Translations under genes and position numbers: made by a program | In this document: positions 23,655 through 37,221 of the stretch, in pieces | Position numbering within the stretch: position 1 is the stretch's first letter | How the letters are laid out: the number at the start of each line of letters is the position of its first letter | The notes under the pieces: generated by a model | The model's input: the letters and a program-made list of their open reading frames with translations, nothing else | Database searches by the model: none | What the model was told of the DNA's origin: nothing | DNA from: Eledone cirrhosa | Taxonomy: Eukaryota | Direction: 5' to 3' | NCBI GenBank assembly: GCA_964016885.1 | Contig: OZ024747.1 | Coordinates: forward strand, 11,966,001 to 12,030,000 | DNA length: 64,000 nt

Positions 23655-23842
23655 ATATAGAAGTGGCTTCTACAGGACTAGAACTGTTTCATTCGGGAGA
23701 AATCATCAGGAAGCCCTGATGATTCTCCCGAATGAAACAGTTCTAGTCCTGTAGAAGCCATTTCTATATTAAATAGTTATACTCTATGTATTGAGTACCT
23801 TACTTACTGTGGTTACCCCCAAATGAACCCGGGATGAACTTG
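23651..23842 (+). mobile_element. Penelope-like mini-element with 5' inverted duplication
   Basis: Inverted arms 23651-23709 and 23716-23773 both contain hammerhead core sequence; GTATTGAGTAC at 23788-23798; a second family member lies at 63540-63718. Confidence 0.7.
23665..23715 (-). ncRNA. Type I hammerhead ribozyme inside an inverted repeat
   Basis: Minus strand reads GGCTTC-CTGATGA-TTTC TCCC GAAT-GAAA-CAG TTCTAGTC CTG-TA-GAAGCC. Stem I is a perfect 6 bp, stem III 4 bp, and stem II is weak (3 bp with a U-U closing pair). Confidence 0.75.
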
Positions 23843-24532
23843 TATGTATGTGTGTGTGTATACACGCACACAGTGGGAGAGAGATGGAGGAAGAATTAAC
23901 CCCAGTAGACAACTGATACTTTATGTATTAACCTTAATATAATAAAAGATCAGGTTGGCCTTGGATTTGAACTCAGACCACAGCAATTAGGGACAGATAC
24001 CTCAAGGCTTTTTCTCTGACCTAATGACTCTGCTACTTTACTCATTAACATGCATTGTATACACACATTCCTATATACACACATCCTTATATACACAACC
24101 TTATATGCACACACACACACACAGATACAACTCTTACATACACAAACCCTTATATACTGACTACCTTAGTTATACACTCACATACATACAGTTAAGCCTT
24201 TAATATACATACATGTATACACAAATGCATATATTCAGACATACAACCATGTAGATATATATACTTTTATGTTCATCTTTATAAACACACAAACACTCTA
24301 ACACACATGCTCACACACACGCACACACTCTCTCTCTTACATACACACACACCATCTTTCTCTCTCACACACACACACACACACTGTCTCACTCACACAC
24401 CTCAATACATAAATATAACTTTTACATTCTCATCTTACATCCTTAGGTTTACAAGAGGCACACCTACTCCTTAACCTGTACACTTACATCTGCACACTCA
24501 CACATCTGTACACACACACGTATGTATGTGTA

Positions 24533-24661
<129 letters not shown>

Positions 24662-24769
24662 TGATACACACCCTGTTGACAACCATCACCAAAATAACTT
24701 AAGTGTAAATTATGGAGAAATTAGTTTGTCTAAACAAGTATAATTGGAGTACTTGTCATCTGGGTGGTT

Positions 24770-25165
24770 GATTAGGAGGAGGGGGTACTGTGGAATTGTG
24801 GGATTGGTTAAATGGGGGATTGTGGGATTGGTTGATTGGGGCACTGTGGAATTGTGGGATATAGTGTTGTAACTTCTGTTGTTGTGATTGGTTGATTGTG
24901 ACTGTGGAATTGTGGGATATAGTGTTGTAACTTCTGTTGTTGTGATTGGTTGATTAGGAGGGACTGTGGAATTGTGGGATTGGTTGATTGGGGCACTGGG
25001 GAATTGTGGGATATAGTGTTGTAACTTCTGTTGTTGTGATTGGTTGATTAGGAGGGACTGTGGAATTGTGGGATTGGTTGATTGGGGCACTGGGGAATTG
25101 TGGGATATAGTGTTATAACTTCTGTTGTGATTGGTTGATTAGGAGGGACTGTGGAATTATGGGAT
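24770..25165 (+). repeat. Compound minisatellite (about 94-bp unit)
   Basis: Repeated ACTGTGGAATTGTGGGAT / TTGGTTGATT / ATAGTGTTGTAACTTCTG modules. Confidence 0.9.
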
Positions 25166-25991
25166 ATGCTGATGTGTGTCGAATAGGATGGTATCTCCAT
25201 CTTACCTGTGCAGGTGAACTCTGTCGTTAGCTAATTCATTTCAAATATTTAGTTTACCTCTAACTCCTGCCTAATTACACCTCTTCAGCCAATGAAGGAA
25301 TCTCAGGTCACATTACTTAATGTTAAGGTTGTTTTATTTGGGAGGTGCCTATTGTAGGGTTAGCATAGGGTACTAAATACCCAGGTACATACTGAAGTGT
25401 TAGCCTAGGGTGTTAAATACTCAGGTACACATAGAGCTAACCCAGGGTGCTAAATACCCAGGTACATACTGTAGGGCTAGCCTAGGGGGGCTAAATACCT
25501 AGGTACACATTACAGGGCTTACCTAAGGTGCTAAATAAGTACTGGGATACTCTGGATAAATTACTGGTTTGCATAAGACAAAACCTTAAAGTTTCTGTTG
25601 ATTACTGACATAGAAATGATTAAAGATAAGAATGATATAATGTATTTCTAGGATATAATTACATAAATGTTCAACTTATGTACAAATGATAGGATTAAAT
25701 GTAGGGGTAACTTTATAGAAATAACTATTTACAGGGACAAATGTTGGGTTAGACCCCAGGACCTTGTGACTGGAAAGCAATCTTCTTATTGAAGCAACAT
25801 GTCTGAGATAGGGAATGTATAATGTGTATGTGTGAATAAATTTTAAAGAATTACAAATAGATATATATGTATGTGTATATATGTATATTTGAGTATATGT
25901 ATGTATATGTAACATCATCATCGTTTTTTACGCATGCTTGCATAGGTTAGTCGGCTATATATGTATGTATGTATATATGTGTGCGTGTGTA

Positions 25992-26190
25992 GGAAAATGT
26001 TCAAGACCCCGACGGCAGAGCTCAAGCTGTTCGACGGCTATTTCTGGACTCCAGAAATAGCCATCGAATGGCTTGAGCCCTGCCGTCGGGTTCTTAAACA
26101 TTTTACTATTAACCACTCTACTACCCAAAGTATTGAGTACTCTGGTGCATTATGGTCCACCTGGTTCCTTACCACACTTGCTTCATCATA
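25992..26190 (+). mobile_element. Penelope-like palindromic mini-element (family of 20307-20501)
   Basis: Imperfect arms 25994-26048 and 26050-26104; tail with GTATTGAGTAC at 26130-26140. Confidence 0.7.
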
Positions 26191-26193
26191 TAT

Positions 26194-26234
<41 letters not shown>

Positions 26235-26971
26235 AACATAAATGGTATCTTATGGTTGATGAAGCAGACTCTCTCCAAATACTATAAAGCTATGAACCAA
26301 ACTCTACTCCTAACATCATCTCTACTAACATTTTGTAAAATACCTTTCAGTTTAAAAATAGAACTGCAATCCTGGTATCTTTCTTGCAAATTCCTTCGGT
26401 GGGTGTGCTGGGATAGAAGGTGAGATGGTGGTGGGGTGGGGGTGCTAGGATAAGTGGGGTGGTGGTGGGTGGTGTTTTGTATTACATCATTTTTCCAAAC
26501 TATTACTACTACATCTATCACAAGTATTTTCTAAGATTACAACTACCACTATCACCACCACCATCACCACTACTACTACTACTACTACAACCACTACTTT
26601 TACTACCAAGAAAATCCTCATTCTGCCTTGCATCTTTCCCCTATATTTGTAAGACAATATCCATGTTCACTTAATGTCTCCCAGTTAATATATTGCTGTG
26701 AATATTTAGTTAAACATTATTTTACTCTGGGTAGGAGCTGTAACCCTTTTCTTAGCAAACTTTCTGAAACCCTATCCTTGCTTCTACAATACAAAACTAT
26801 CTGCCTTAGTGTTTATATTCATCTAAAATAACTTCCATTATAATTTTATGGAAGAATTTTCATGTTCCAAACACCAACTTAATAAGAGAATTAGTTGTAT
26901 TACTAAATCCCTTCAAATTCTTGATTGTTTTTAGAATTATTCGAAAATCATGGGCAGTGTTTTTCATAAGC

Positions 26972-28926
26972 GTTAATGACATAGACAGTGTCTTTCATTA
27001 GAAATATGGTAATGAAAGGGTTAATGACATAGACAGTGTCTTTCATTAGAAACATGGTAATGAAAGGGTTAATGACATAGACAGTGTCTTTCATTAGAAA
27101 TATGGTAATGAAAGGGTTAATGACATAGACAGTGTCTTTCATTAGAAATATGGTAATGAAAGGGTTAATGACATAGACAGTGTCTTTCATTAGAAATATG
27201 GAAATGAAAGGGTTAATGACATAGGTAGTGTCTTTCATTAGAAATATGGTAATGAAAAGGTAAATGACATAGACAGTGTCTTTCATTCGAAATATGGTAA
27301 TGAAAGGGTTAATGACATAGACAGTGTCTTTCATTAGAAATATGGTAATGAAAGGGTTAATGACATAGACAGTGTCTTTCATTAGAAATATGGTAATGAA
27401 AGGGTTAATGACATAGACAGTGTATTTCATTAGAAATATGGAAATGAAAGGGTTAATGACATAGGTAGTGTCTTTCATTAGAAATATGGTAATGAAAAGG
27501 TAAATGACATAGACAGTGTCTTTCATTAGAAATATGGTAATGAAAGGGTTAATGACATAGATAGTGTCTTTGATTAGAAATATGGTAATGAAAGGATTAA
27601 TGACAGACAGTGCCTTTCATTAGAAATATGGTAATTAAAGGGTTAATGACATAGACAGTGTCTTTCATTAGAAATATGGTAATGAAAGGGTTAATGACAT
27701 AGGTAGTGTCTTTGATTAGAAATATGGTAATGAAAGGGTTAATGACATAGACAGTGTCTTTCATTAGAAATATGGTAATTAAAGGGTTAAGGACATAGGT
27801 AGTGTCTTTCATTAGAAATATGGTAATGAAAGGGTTAATGACATAGGTAGTGTCTTTCATTAGAAATATGGTAATGAAAGGGTTAATGACATAGGTAGTG
27901 TCTTTCATTAGAAATATGGTAATGAAAGGGTTAATGACATAGACAGTGTCTTTCATTAGAAATATGGTAATGAAAGGGTTAATGACATAGACAGTGTCTT
28001 TCATTAGAAATATGGTAATTAAAGGGTTAATGACATAGACAGTGTCTTTCATTAGAAATATGGTAATGAAAGGGTTAATGACATAGGTAGTGTCTTTGAT
28101 TAGAAATATGGTAATGAAAGGGTTAATGACATAGACAGTGTCTTTCATTAGAAATATGGTAATGAAAGGGTTAATGACATAGACTGTCTTTCATTAGAAA
28201 TATGGTAATGAAAGGGTTAATGACATAGGTAGTGTCTTTGATTAGAAATATGGTAATGAAAGGGTTAATGACATAGGTAGTGTCTTTGATTAGAAATATG
28301 GTAATGAAAGGGTTAATGACATAGACAGTGTCTTTGATTAGAAATATGGTAATGAAAGGGTTAATGACATAGGTAGTGTCTTTCATTAGAAATATGGTAA
28401 TGAAAGGGTTAATGACATAGACAGTGTCTTTGATTAGAAATATGGTAATGAAAGGGTTAATGACATAGGTAGTGTCTTTGATTAGAAATATGGTAATGAA
28501 AGGGTTAATGACATAGGTAGTGTCTTTCATTAGAAATATGGTAATGAAAGGGTTAATGACATAGGTAGTGTCTTTGATTAGAAATATGGTAATGAAAGGG
28601 TTAATGACATAGACAGTGTCTTTCTTTAGAAATATGGTAATGAAAGGGTTAATGACATAGACAGTGTCTTTCTTTAGAAATATGGTAATGAAAGGGTTAA
28701 TGACATAGACAGTGTCTTTGATTAGAAATATGGTAATGTAAGGGTTAATGACATAGACAGTGTCTTTCATTAGAAATATGGTAATGAAAGGGTTAATGAC
28801 ATAGACAGTGTCTTTCTTTAGAAATATGGTAATGAAAGGGTTAATGACATAGACAGTGTCTTTGATTAGAAATATGGTAATGTAAGGGTTAATGACATAG
28901 ACAGTGTCTTTCATTAGAAATATGGT
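26972..28926 (+). repeat. 48-bp satellite (about 40 copies) made of a TTAA-MITE terminus
   Basis: GAAATATGGTAATGAAAGGGTTAATGACATAGACAGTGTCTTTCATTA. Confidence 0.97.
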
Positions 28927-29020
28927 ACCAAATGAGTTGAAGTGTTTATATTTTTAAACAAATGAAGTATGTTTGGAACGCAGTGTGTGAAGTTTAGAAT
29001 AGAAATAGAAGGTACACCAT

Positions 29021-29056
<36 letters not shown>

Positions 29057-29194
29057 GAGGTTATATTTAATTTGTTTGGATTCAACAAGCTTAAACATTT
29101 TTATAACTGATATAACTATCCAGGAAGCTCCAACCGTTAAGGTTGTCTTTTTTCGGGGTATGTCAATATTTATTTATAAAACAAATCTGTATTG

Positions 29195-29260
29195 TATTTT
29201 ATCTGATGAAAGTGCACCATAATTTGCCTTGGTGGCCCTTGAAATATGTATAATAAAATA
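29195..29260 (+). ncRNA. Type I hammerhead ribozyme with near-palindromic stem III
   Basis: TATTTTAT-CTGATGA(29203-29209)-AAGTGCACCA...TGGTGGCCCTT-GAAA(29241-29244)-TATGTA-TA-ATAAAATA. Stem I is 8 bp, stem II about 9 bp and imperfect, and stem III ATATGTAT is self-complementary with GU. Confidence 0.72.
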
Positions 29261-29298
29261 AATATGGTTTTATAAGTATAGTTTCCATTTGTTAATAT

Positions 29299-29354
<56 letters not shown>

Positions 29355-29479
29355 ATTGTATTACGTCAATGTTTCCATGCTAGCATGGGTTATATATATA
29401 TATATATATGTATATATATTGTGTGTCTATGCATATATCTACAATCATGAAATAATGGACTTAAAAACGATGATATATA

Positions 29480-29545
<66 letters not shown>

Positions 29546-31014
29546 TCCTCCCACTTCTAAATTTCATAATCCATATCTCACATCCATGTTGCAGCATTGC
29601 AGTCTATCCAAATATAATCTGTTGTCATCACCACCATCGTCATCACCACCATCGTCATCACCACCGTCATCACCACCGTCATCACCACCATCGTCATCAC
29701 CACCATCGTCATCACCACCATCGTCATCACCACCATCATCATCACCACCACCACGACCATCACTACCATCATCACCACCACCACCACCATCACCACCACC
29801 ACCACCACCATCCCCACCATCACCACCACCACCACCACCATCACCACCACCACCACCACCATCACCACCATCACCACCACCATCACCACCACTATCACCA
29901 TCATCATCATCCTCATCACTACTCTGCTATCCCAGAATGTCTGGCCTTGTGTCTATCTATGAAATAATTATGGTTACTGATAGTGGATGTAATGGTGAGA
30001 AGGTGTGGACAAGACTGACATGGCTGACATGGCTGACATGGCTGACATACACCTACTCTTGCTTCAGTCTATTTAAATGTTATCATCACCACCACCACCA
30101 TAACCACAACCACCACCACCATCACCATCACCACCATCACCATCACCACCATAACCACAACCACCACCACCATCACCATCACCACCACCACCACCATCAC
30201 CACCACCATCACCACCACCACCACCACCATCACCATCACCACCATCACTACCACCATCACCACCACCACCACCACCACCACCACCACCACCATCACCACC
30301 ATCACTACCACCACCATCACCACCATCACCACCACCAACATCACCACCATCACCACCATCACCATCACCACCATCACCACCATCACCATCACCACCATCA
30401 CTACCACCACTACCACCACCATCACCACCACCAACATCACCACCATCACCACCACCATCACCTCCACCATCACCTCCATCACCATCACCACCACCACCAC
30501 TACCATCATCACCAACCCTCAGTCAATCCAAATAGGTTACTACCACCACCACCACCACCACCACCTCCATCACCAGCATCACCACCACCATCACCACCTC
30601 CATCACCAGCATCACCACCTCCATCACCACCTCCATCACCACCTCCATCACCACCATCACCATCACCAACCCTCAGTCAATCCAAATAGGTTACTACCAC
30701 CACCACCACCATCACCACCTCCATCACCAGCATCACCACCTCCATCATCACCATCACCACCTTCACCATCACCACCTCCATCACCACCACCACGATCATC
30801 ACCACCACCACCATCACCAACCCTCAGTCAATCCAAATAGGTTACTACCACCATCACCATCCCCATACATACTCTTCTGTCAAGCTCTCATAGAAGTTTT
30901 CCAATTTCCCTTGGAAAGGAAGGTAGAGGTGGAGAGGAAGGTGCTCTCCTCCAGTGCATTTACAAAATGGTGGTGAAAGTAACTAAACTGACTAATGAAT
31001 GGATCTCCTCACAT

Positions 31015-32112
31015 TAACCTGTAGGTGTGACAGGTGAGAGAGGTGGTGGTGTACCTGTAGGTGTGACAGGTGAGAGAGGTGGTGGTGTACCTGTAGGTGT
31101 GACAGGTGAGAGAGGTGGTGGTGTACCTGTAGGTGTGACAGGTGAGCGAGGGGGTGGTGTACCTGTAGGTGTGACAGGTGTGAGAGAGGGGGTGGTGTAC
31201 CTGTAGGTGTGACAGGTGTGAGAGAGGGGGTGGTGTACCTGTAGGTGTTAGAGAGGTGGTGGTGTACCTGTAGGTCTGACAGGTGTGAAAGGGGGTGGTG
31301 TACCTGTAGGTCTGACAGGTGTGAAAGGGGGTGGTGTACCTGTAGGTGTGACAGGTGAGAGAGGGGGTGGTGTACCTGTAGGTGTGACAGGTGTGAGAGA
31401 GGGGGTGGTGTACCTGTAGGTGTGACGGGTGAGAGAGGGGGTGGTGTACCTGTAGGTGTGATGGGTGAGAGAGGGGGTGGTGTACCTGTAGGTGTGACGG
31501 GTGAGAGAGGGGGTGGTGTACCTGTAGGTGTGACGGGTGAGAGAAGGGGTGGTGTACCTGTAGGTGTGACGGGTGAGAGAGGGGGTGGTGTACCTGTAGG
31601 TGTGACGGGTGAGAGAGGGGGTGGTGTACCTGTAGGTGTGACGGGTGAGAGGGGGTGGTGTACCTGTAGGTGTGACGGGTGAGAGAGGGGGTGGTGTACC
31701 TGTAGGTGTGACGGGTGAGAGAGGGGGTGGTGTACCTCAGGTGTGAGAGGGGGTGGTGTACCTGTAGGTGTGACGGGTGAGAGAGGGGGGGGTGTACCTG
31801 TAGGTGTGACGGGTGAGAGAGGGGGTGGTGTACCTGTAGGTGTGACGGGTGAGAGAGGGGGGGTGTACCTGTAGGTGTGACGGGTGAGAGAGGGGGTGGT
31901 GTACCTGTAGGTGTGACGGGTGAGAGAGGGGGTGGTGTACCTGTAGGTGTGACAGGTGTGAGAGAGGGGGGGGTGTACCTGTAGGTGTGAGAGAGGGGTG
32001 GTGGTGTACCTGTAGGGGTGACAGATGAGAGAGGGGGGGGTGTACCTGTAGGTGTGAGAGAGGGGTGGTGTACCTGTAGGGGTGACGGGTGAGAGAGGGG
32101 GTGGTGTACCTG
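31015..32112 (+). repeat. 34-38-bp minisatellite
   Basis: GTACCTGTAGGTGTGACGGGTGAGAGAGGGGGTGGT. Confidence 0.97.
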
Positions 32113-33033
32113 AGAAGGGTTTCTCAGCTTCATTCATTCATCTCCCTCTCTCCAGCAAGACTGAACACCTTATGTAGCTGTGTGTACCTAAGGTGTGTAT
32201 ATCCAACATGTATGGCGGGTATATTTGTTGCCTAATGTTTTACTTCTGATATAAACCCCACTACCATTACCACCACCACTACCACCACCACCACCACTAC
32301 CACCACTACCATTACCACCACTACCACCACCACCACCACCACCACCACTACCACCACTACCATTACCACCACTACCACCACCACCACCACCACCACCACC
32401 ACCACTACCACCACTACCATTACCACCACTACCACCACCACCACCACCACCACCACCACCACTACCACCACTACCATTACCACCACCACCACCACCACTA
32501 CCACCACTACCATTACCACCACTACCACCACCACCACCACCACCACCACCACCACTACCACCACCACCACCATCACCACTACCACCACCACCACCATCAC
32601 CACCACCACCACCACTACCACCACCACTACTACCACCACCACCACCACCCCCTTCATGTTGTAATAACCTCCTTCATCCAGATGTTAAATGGAAAATATT
32701 GTCATTATAATTATAATTGTTGTTTTCACTGGAGTTTTATATTGATATCCATGTGATAATACTTGGGGGCTTTCATCCTTATAAACCATCGTAATCACCA
32801 TATCTCATCACATCATCATCATCATCATCACCACCATCACCATGCCATATCACTGTCATCATCACTATATCTATCTATCATCATCATCACACACAGTATC
32901 TTTTCTCCATCTATATCCTATTATGTTGTACATCCAACAATACCTATATATAATCACACCCCCCCTCTCTCTCCCGCCCCCTTTCTCTCTCTATCTTTCT
33001 CTCTCTATCTCTTTCTCTGTCTCTCTCTCCGTT

Positions 33034-33070
<37 letters not shown>

Positions 33071-33887
33071 GACCCAACCCTTCTTTTGATTCCAACCCAG
33101 CCAAAATTGGCTCTGGTTATAAGAAACAAAGCCAGCCATTTTAAAGTGTTCCTATTTAGATTAAAATCTGCCAGAATAATGTTATACAAGAACCATATGT
33201 GAAGTTGCTATCTTAGTAATGGAATAATTATTAATTTTAGCAAATGACTAGGAATTGTAAGATACATTTTATAGGAAGCTCCTTGAAAAAATATATATTA
33301 AGAGTAAAGACCCTCTTCGGTCACAAATGACCATAGAATTTGCCCCTAGAAAGTTCCCCTCTGAGGCACAAGCCTAGGCAAGGTGTTTTTTGTGGAAGTC
33401 CAGTAGTCACCCATTTTTACCAGACTCCCCTATCCATGTCACCAATGTTGTCCATTTCTACAGCTGAGTAAACTGGAGCACTGTGAAATAAAGTGTCATG
33501 CTCTAACCATTAAGGCATGTACCTTCACACACTTTAATAGATTTATTGCATGTACCTTCACACACATTTCATAGTTTTTTGGGGTGTTTTAATGATAGAG
33601 ACTCCAGTTCTATCATGTTGTTTCAGCTCACACCTATATAGGTTTAACTGACCTCCTTCAACGTTGCATATCATAGGTTTTAATGGTAGGGGGCCTTAGT
33701 CCTATCATGAAAAGCAGTAGGAAATGAGGTGTCTTTCTTATGAACACCCAACATACTGCCCTGTCTAGGAACAGAAACCATGGAATTATAAACATAAGTC
33801 AAACACCCTAACCACTCAGCCATGTCTTCTCCAACTCATGCCAACATGGAAGGTAGACATAAAAGGATGATAATGACTTCTACTTAA

Positions 33888-34090
33888 CCACAAGGCCAGT
33901 AATTTGGGGGAAAGAGTTAAGCCGATTAAATCAACCCCAGTAATTGACTGGTACTTTATTTTATTGACCTTGTAAAGGCGAAAGTCAAATATGACCGTGG
34001 TGGGATTTGAACTCAAATTGTAGAAAGTCATGACTGAATTCCACACAGCAGTTGTCCAATGTTCTCTTGATTCTACCAATTTACCACCAT
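33888..34090 (-). mobile_element. tRNA-derived SINE
   Basis: CACAAGGCCAG...ACTGGTACTTTATTTTATTGACC...GGGATTTGAACTC. Confidence 0.8.
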
Positions 34091-34109
34091 TGGAATGATG
34101 ACTGGTGCA

Positions 34110-35135
34110 GAGTGTAGAGTTGGGAGATGGTTTGTTGTTGTAACTACCATCACCCATTGGTCCTTGTTAACAGGGTGTAGAGTTAGGAGATGGTTTGTTG
34201 TTGTTACTACCATCACCCATTGGTCCTTGTTAACAGGGTGTAGTTGGGAGATGCTTTGTTGTTGTTACTACCATCACCCATTGGTCCTTGTTAACAGGGT
34301 GTAGTTGGGAGATGCTTTGTTGTTGTTACTACCATCACCCATTGGTCCTTGTTAACAGAGTGTAGTTAGATGGTTTGTTGTTGTAACTACCATCACCCAT
34401 TGGTCCTTGTTAACAGGGTGTAGAGTTGGGAGATGGTTTGTTGTTGTAACTACCATCACCCATTGGTCCTTGTTAACAGGGTGTAGTTGGGAGATGGTTT
34501 GTTGTTGTAACTACCATCACCTATTGGTCCTTGTTAACAGGGTGTAGTTGGGAGATGCTTTGTTGTTGTTACTACCATCACCCATTGGTCCTTGTTAACA
34601 GGGTGTAGAGTTGGGAGATGGTTTGTTGTAACTACCATCACCCATTGGTCCTTGTTAACAGGGTGTAGTTGGGAGATGCTTTGTTGTTGTTACTACCATC
34701 ACCCATTGGTCCTTGTTAACAGGGTGTAGTTGGGAGATGCTTTGTTGTTGTAACTACCATCACCCATTGGTCCTTGTTAACAGGGTGTAGAGTTGGGAGA
34801 TGGTTTGTTGTTACTACCATCACCCATTGGTCTTTGTTAACAGGGTGTAGAGTTGGGAGATGGTTTGTTGTTGTTACTACCATCACCCATTGGTCTTTGT
34901 TAACAGGGTGTAGAGTTGGGAGATGCTTTGTTGTTGTTACTACCATCACCCATTGGTCCTTGTTAACAGGGTGTAGTTGGGAGATGGTTTGTTGTTGTAA
35001 CTACCATCACCCATTGGTCCTTGTTAACAGGGTGTAGTTGGGAGATGGTTTGTTGTTGTAACTACCATCACCCATTGGTCCTTGTTAACAGGGTGTAGTT
35101 GGGAGATGGTTTGTTGTTGTAACTACCATCACCCA
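34110..35135 (+). repeat. 58-60-bp minisatellite
   Basis: GTTGGGAGATGGTTTGTTGTTGTAACTACCATCACCCATTGGTCCTTGTTAACAGGGTGTA(GA). Confidence 0.97.
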
Positions 35136-37221
35136 CTGCCACCGTTACTGCTACCATGACTACCATCACTCACTGCCACCACCACCACCATCACCTTCTG
35201 TCTATATTTGTTTTGGTGTCAGAAGAGAAGGAAAGGTAACAGGGAGGGTGTGGGGACTAGTTTCAATTTCTTGTTACATGAAATCCTCTTTTATTCTACT
35301 TTGATATCCTAAACAGGACACCACCCACAAATAACTCCAATGCCACCAACTCCACCAGCACCCTGGTTGATGCTGTAGCACCACCATCACCACCACTATT
35401 GACATAATTGGCACAGCATCACCACCACTACCACCACATCGCCACCACTCCTCCAATTCCATAGAAATGACTCAGTGTTATGCTATACACAAATACACTG
35501 GGCCTTCTGTTGATTGCTTCTATCCTCAGCCCCCTCCCCAACTCCACCATCACTATCACCCTCACCACCCTCACCACCACTACCACCAGACACAATCACC
35601 ACCAACACCACCACCATCAATACCTTCACCATCTATTTGACTTCTCATTTCTTTACAATGTTATCATTAAAACCACCCCTCCCCTTCTCTCTCTCCATCC
35701 CTCCTCTCTCCCTCCCTCCTTCTCTCTCTCTCCATCCCTCCCTCTTTCTCCCCCCCTCTTTCCCTCGCTCTTTCTCCCCCCTCTTTCCCTCGCTCCCTCT
35801 CTCTCTCGCCATCCCTCCATCCCTCTCTCTCTCGCCATCTCTCCATCCCTCCCTCTGTCTTGCTCCCTTCCTCCATCTATCTCCATCCCTCCCTCCCTTC
35901 ATCTCTCTCCATCCCTCCCTCCCTCCATCCATCCCTCCCTTCATCTCTCTCCATCCCTCCCTCCCTCCATCCAACCCTCCCTCTTTCCATCCCACCCTCC
36001 CTCTTTCCATCCCTCCCTCTTTCCATCCCTCCCTCTCTGTCTCGCTCCCTCCCTCCATCTCTCTCCACCCCTCCCTCTCACGTATACAGTTAGCATTGTT
36101 GGACATTCTCTTCTTCAGCTGTCAACTGGAGATTTCTCAAGTTTCAGCAACTTCCAGATGGTATAACTCCCTCCATCAGTTCTCAGCAGCATTGATTCTA
36201 GTATGGAATACCACGGGTTTCATGGTCCCCTCTGTTGCATGATTTGTTTCCTTGTTGTCCATGTTGCTATCACCCAAAATCAACCAATGTTGTTGTACTC
36301 ATTCCCATCATTGAGACTATGATTGTAAATGTGGTTGACTTTAAGGACATCCAGTCGTAGAAACCAAGCCAAAATCAGTTGTGTGTGAGCAAAACACGGT
36401 CCTCTGACCTTATTCTCTCAAAACACTCGTGTGGAATATGGACATTAACTGATGAATGAATGGGTGAGGACCCTTAGAAAAAGGAACTTAGAAAGTAAAG
36501 CTCTAAGAGCCTCTTGATGATGGCGTTGATGTTGATGGTGGTGATACAGAGGATGTTGTTGATGGTAGTGGTGGTGTAGTTGATTTTGGTGGTGGTTGTG
36601 GTGTAGTTGATGTTGGTGGTGGTGAGATTGGTATTGTATATGGTGGTGCAGTGGTGGTGTTGATGTTGTAGAGGGTGGTGGTGTGGATGGTGTTGTCAAT
36701 GGTGTAAGTGATGGTGGTGTAAGTGATGGTGGTGTAAGTGGTGGTGGTGGTAGTGGTGGTGTAGTTGATTTTGGTGGTGGTTGTGGTGTAGTTGATGTTG
36801 GTGGTGGTGAGATTGGTGTTGTATATGGTGGTGCAGTGGTGGTGTTGATGTTGTAGAGGGTGGTGGTGTGGATGGTGTAAGTGATGGTGGTGTAAGTGGT
36901 GGTGGTAGTAGTGGTGGTGTAGTTGATTTTGGTGGTGGTTTTGGTGGTGGTGAGATTGGTGTTGTATATGGTGGTGCAGTGTTGATGTTGTAGAGGGTTG
37001 TGGTGTGGATGGTGTAAGTGGTGGTGGTGTAAGTGGTGGTAGTAGTGGTGGTGGTGTTGGTATGGGTGTTGTATAAAAAGTCTGACTAATATTTCAAGAA
37101 CCAATTAACCAACTGGATGTAATTAGATCCTATTTCTCACTTCCAACAATAAACATTCCAGTTGTTTCATCAATGGACAACCTCATCATTGTATTCCACA
37201 CTGTAGGTGGCCACGCATGTC

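Noticed and set aside
26948-28914. Repetitive hydrophobic ORFs MKDTVYVINPFITIFL
   Set aside because: The 48-bp unit is explained as a MITE terminus and the frame is broken repeatedly.
36086-36330. Unique block that could be an exon or transposase remnant
   Set aside because: No convincing donor/acceptor pair in phase with JAKMIP, and the minus-strand frames contain stops with no clear motif.
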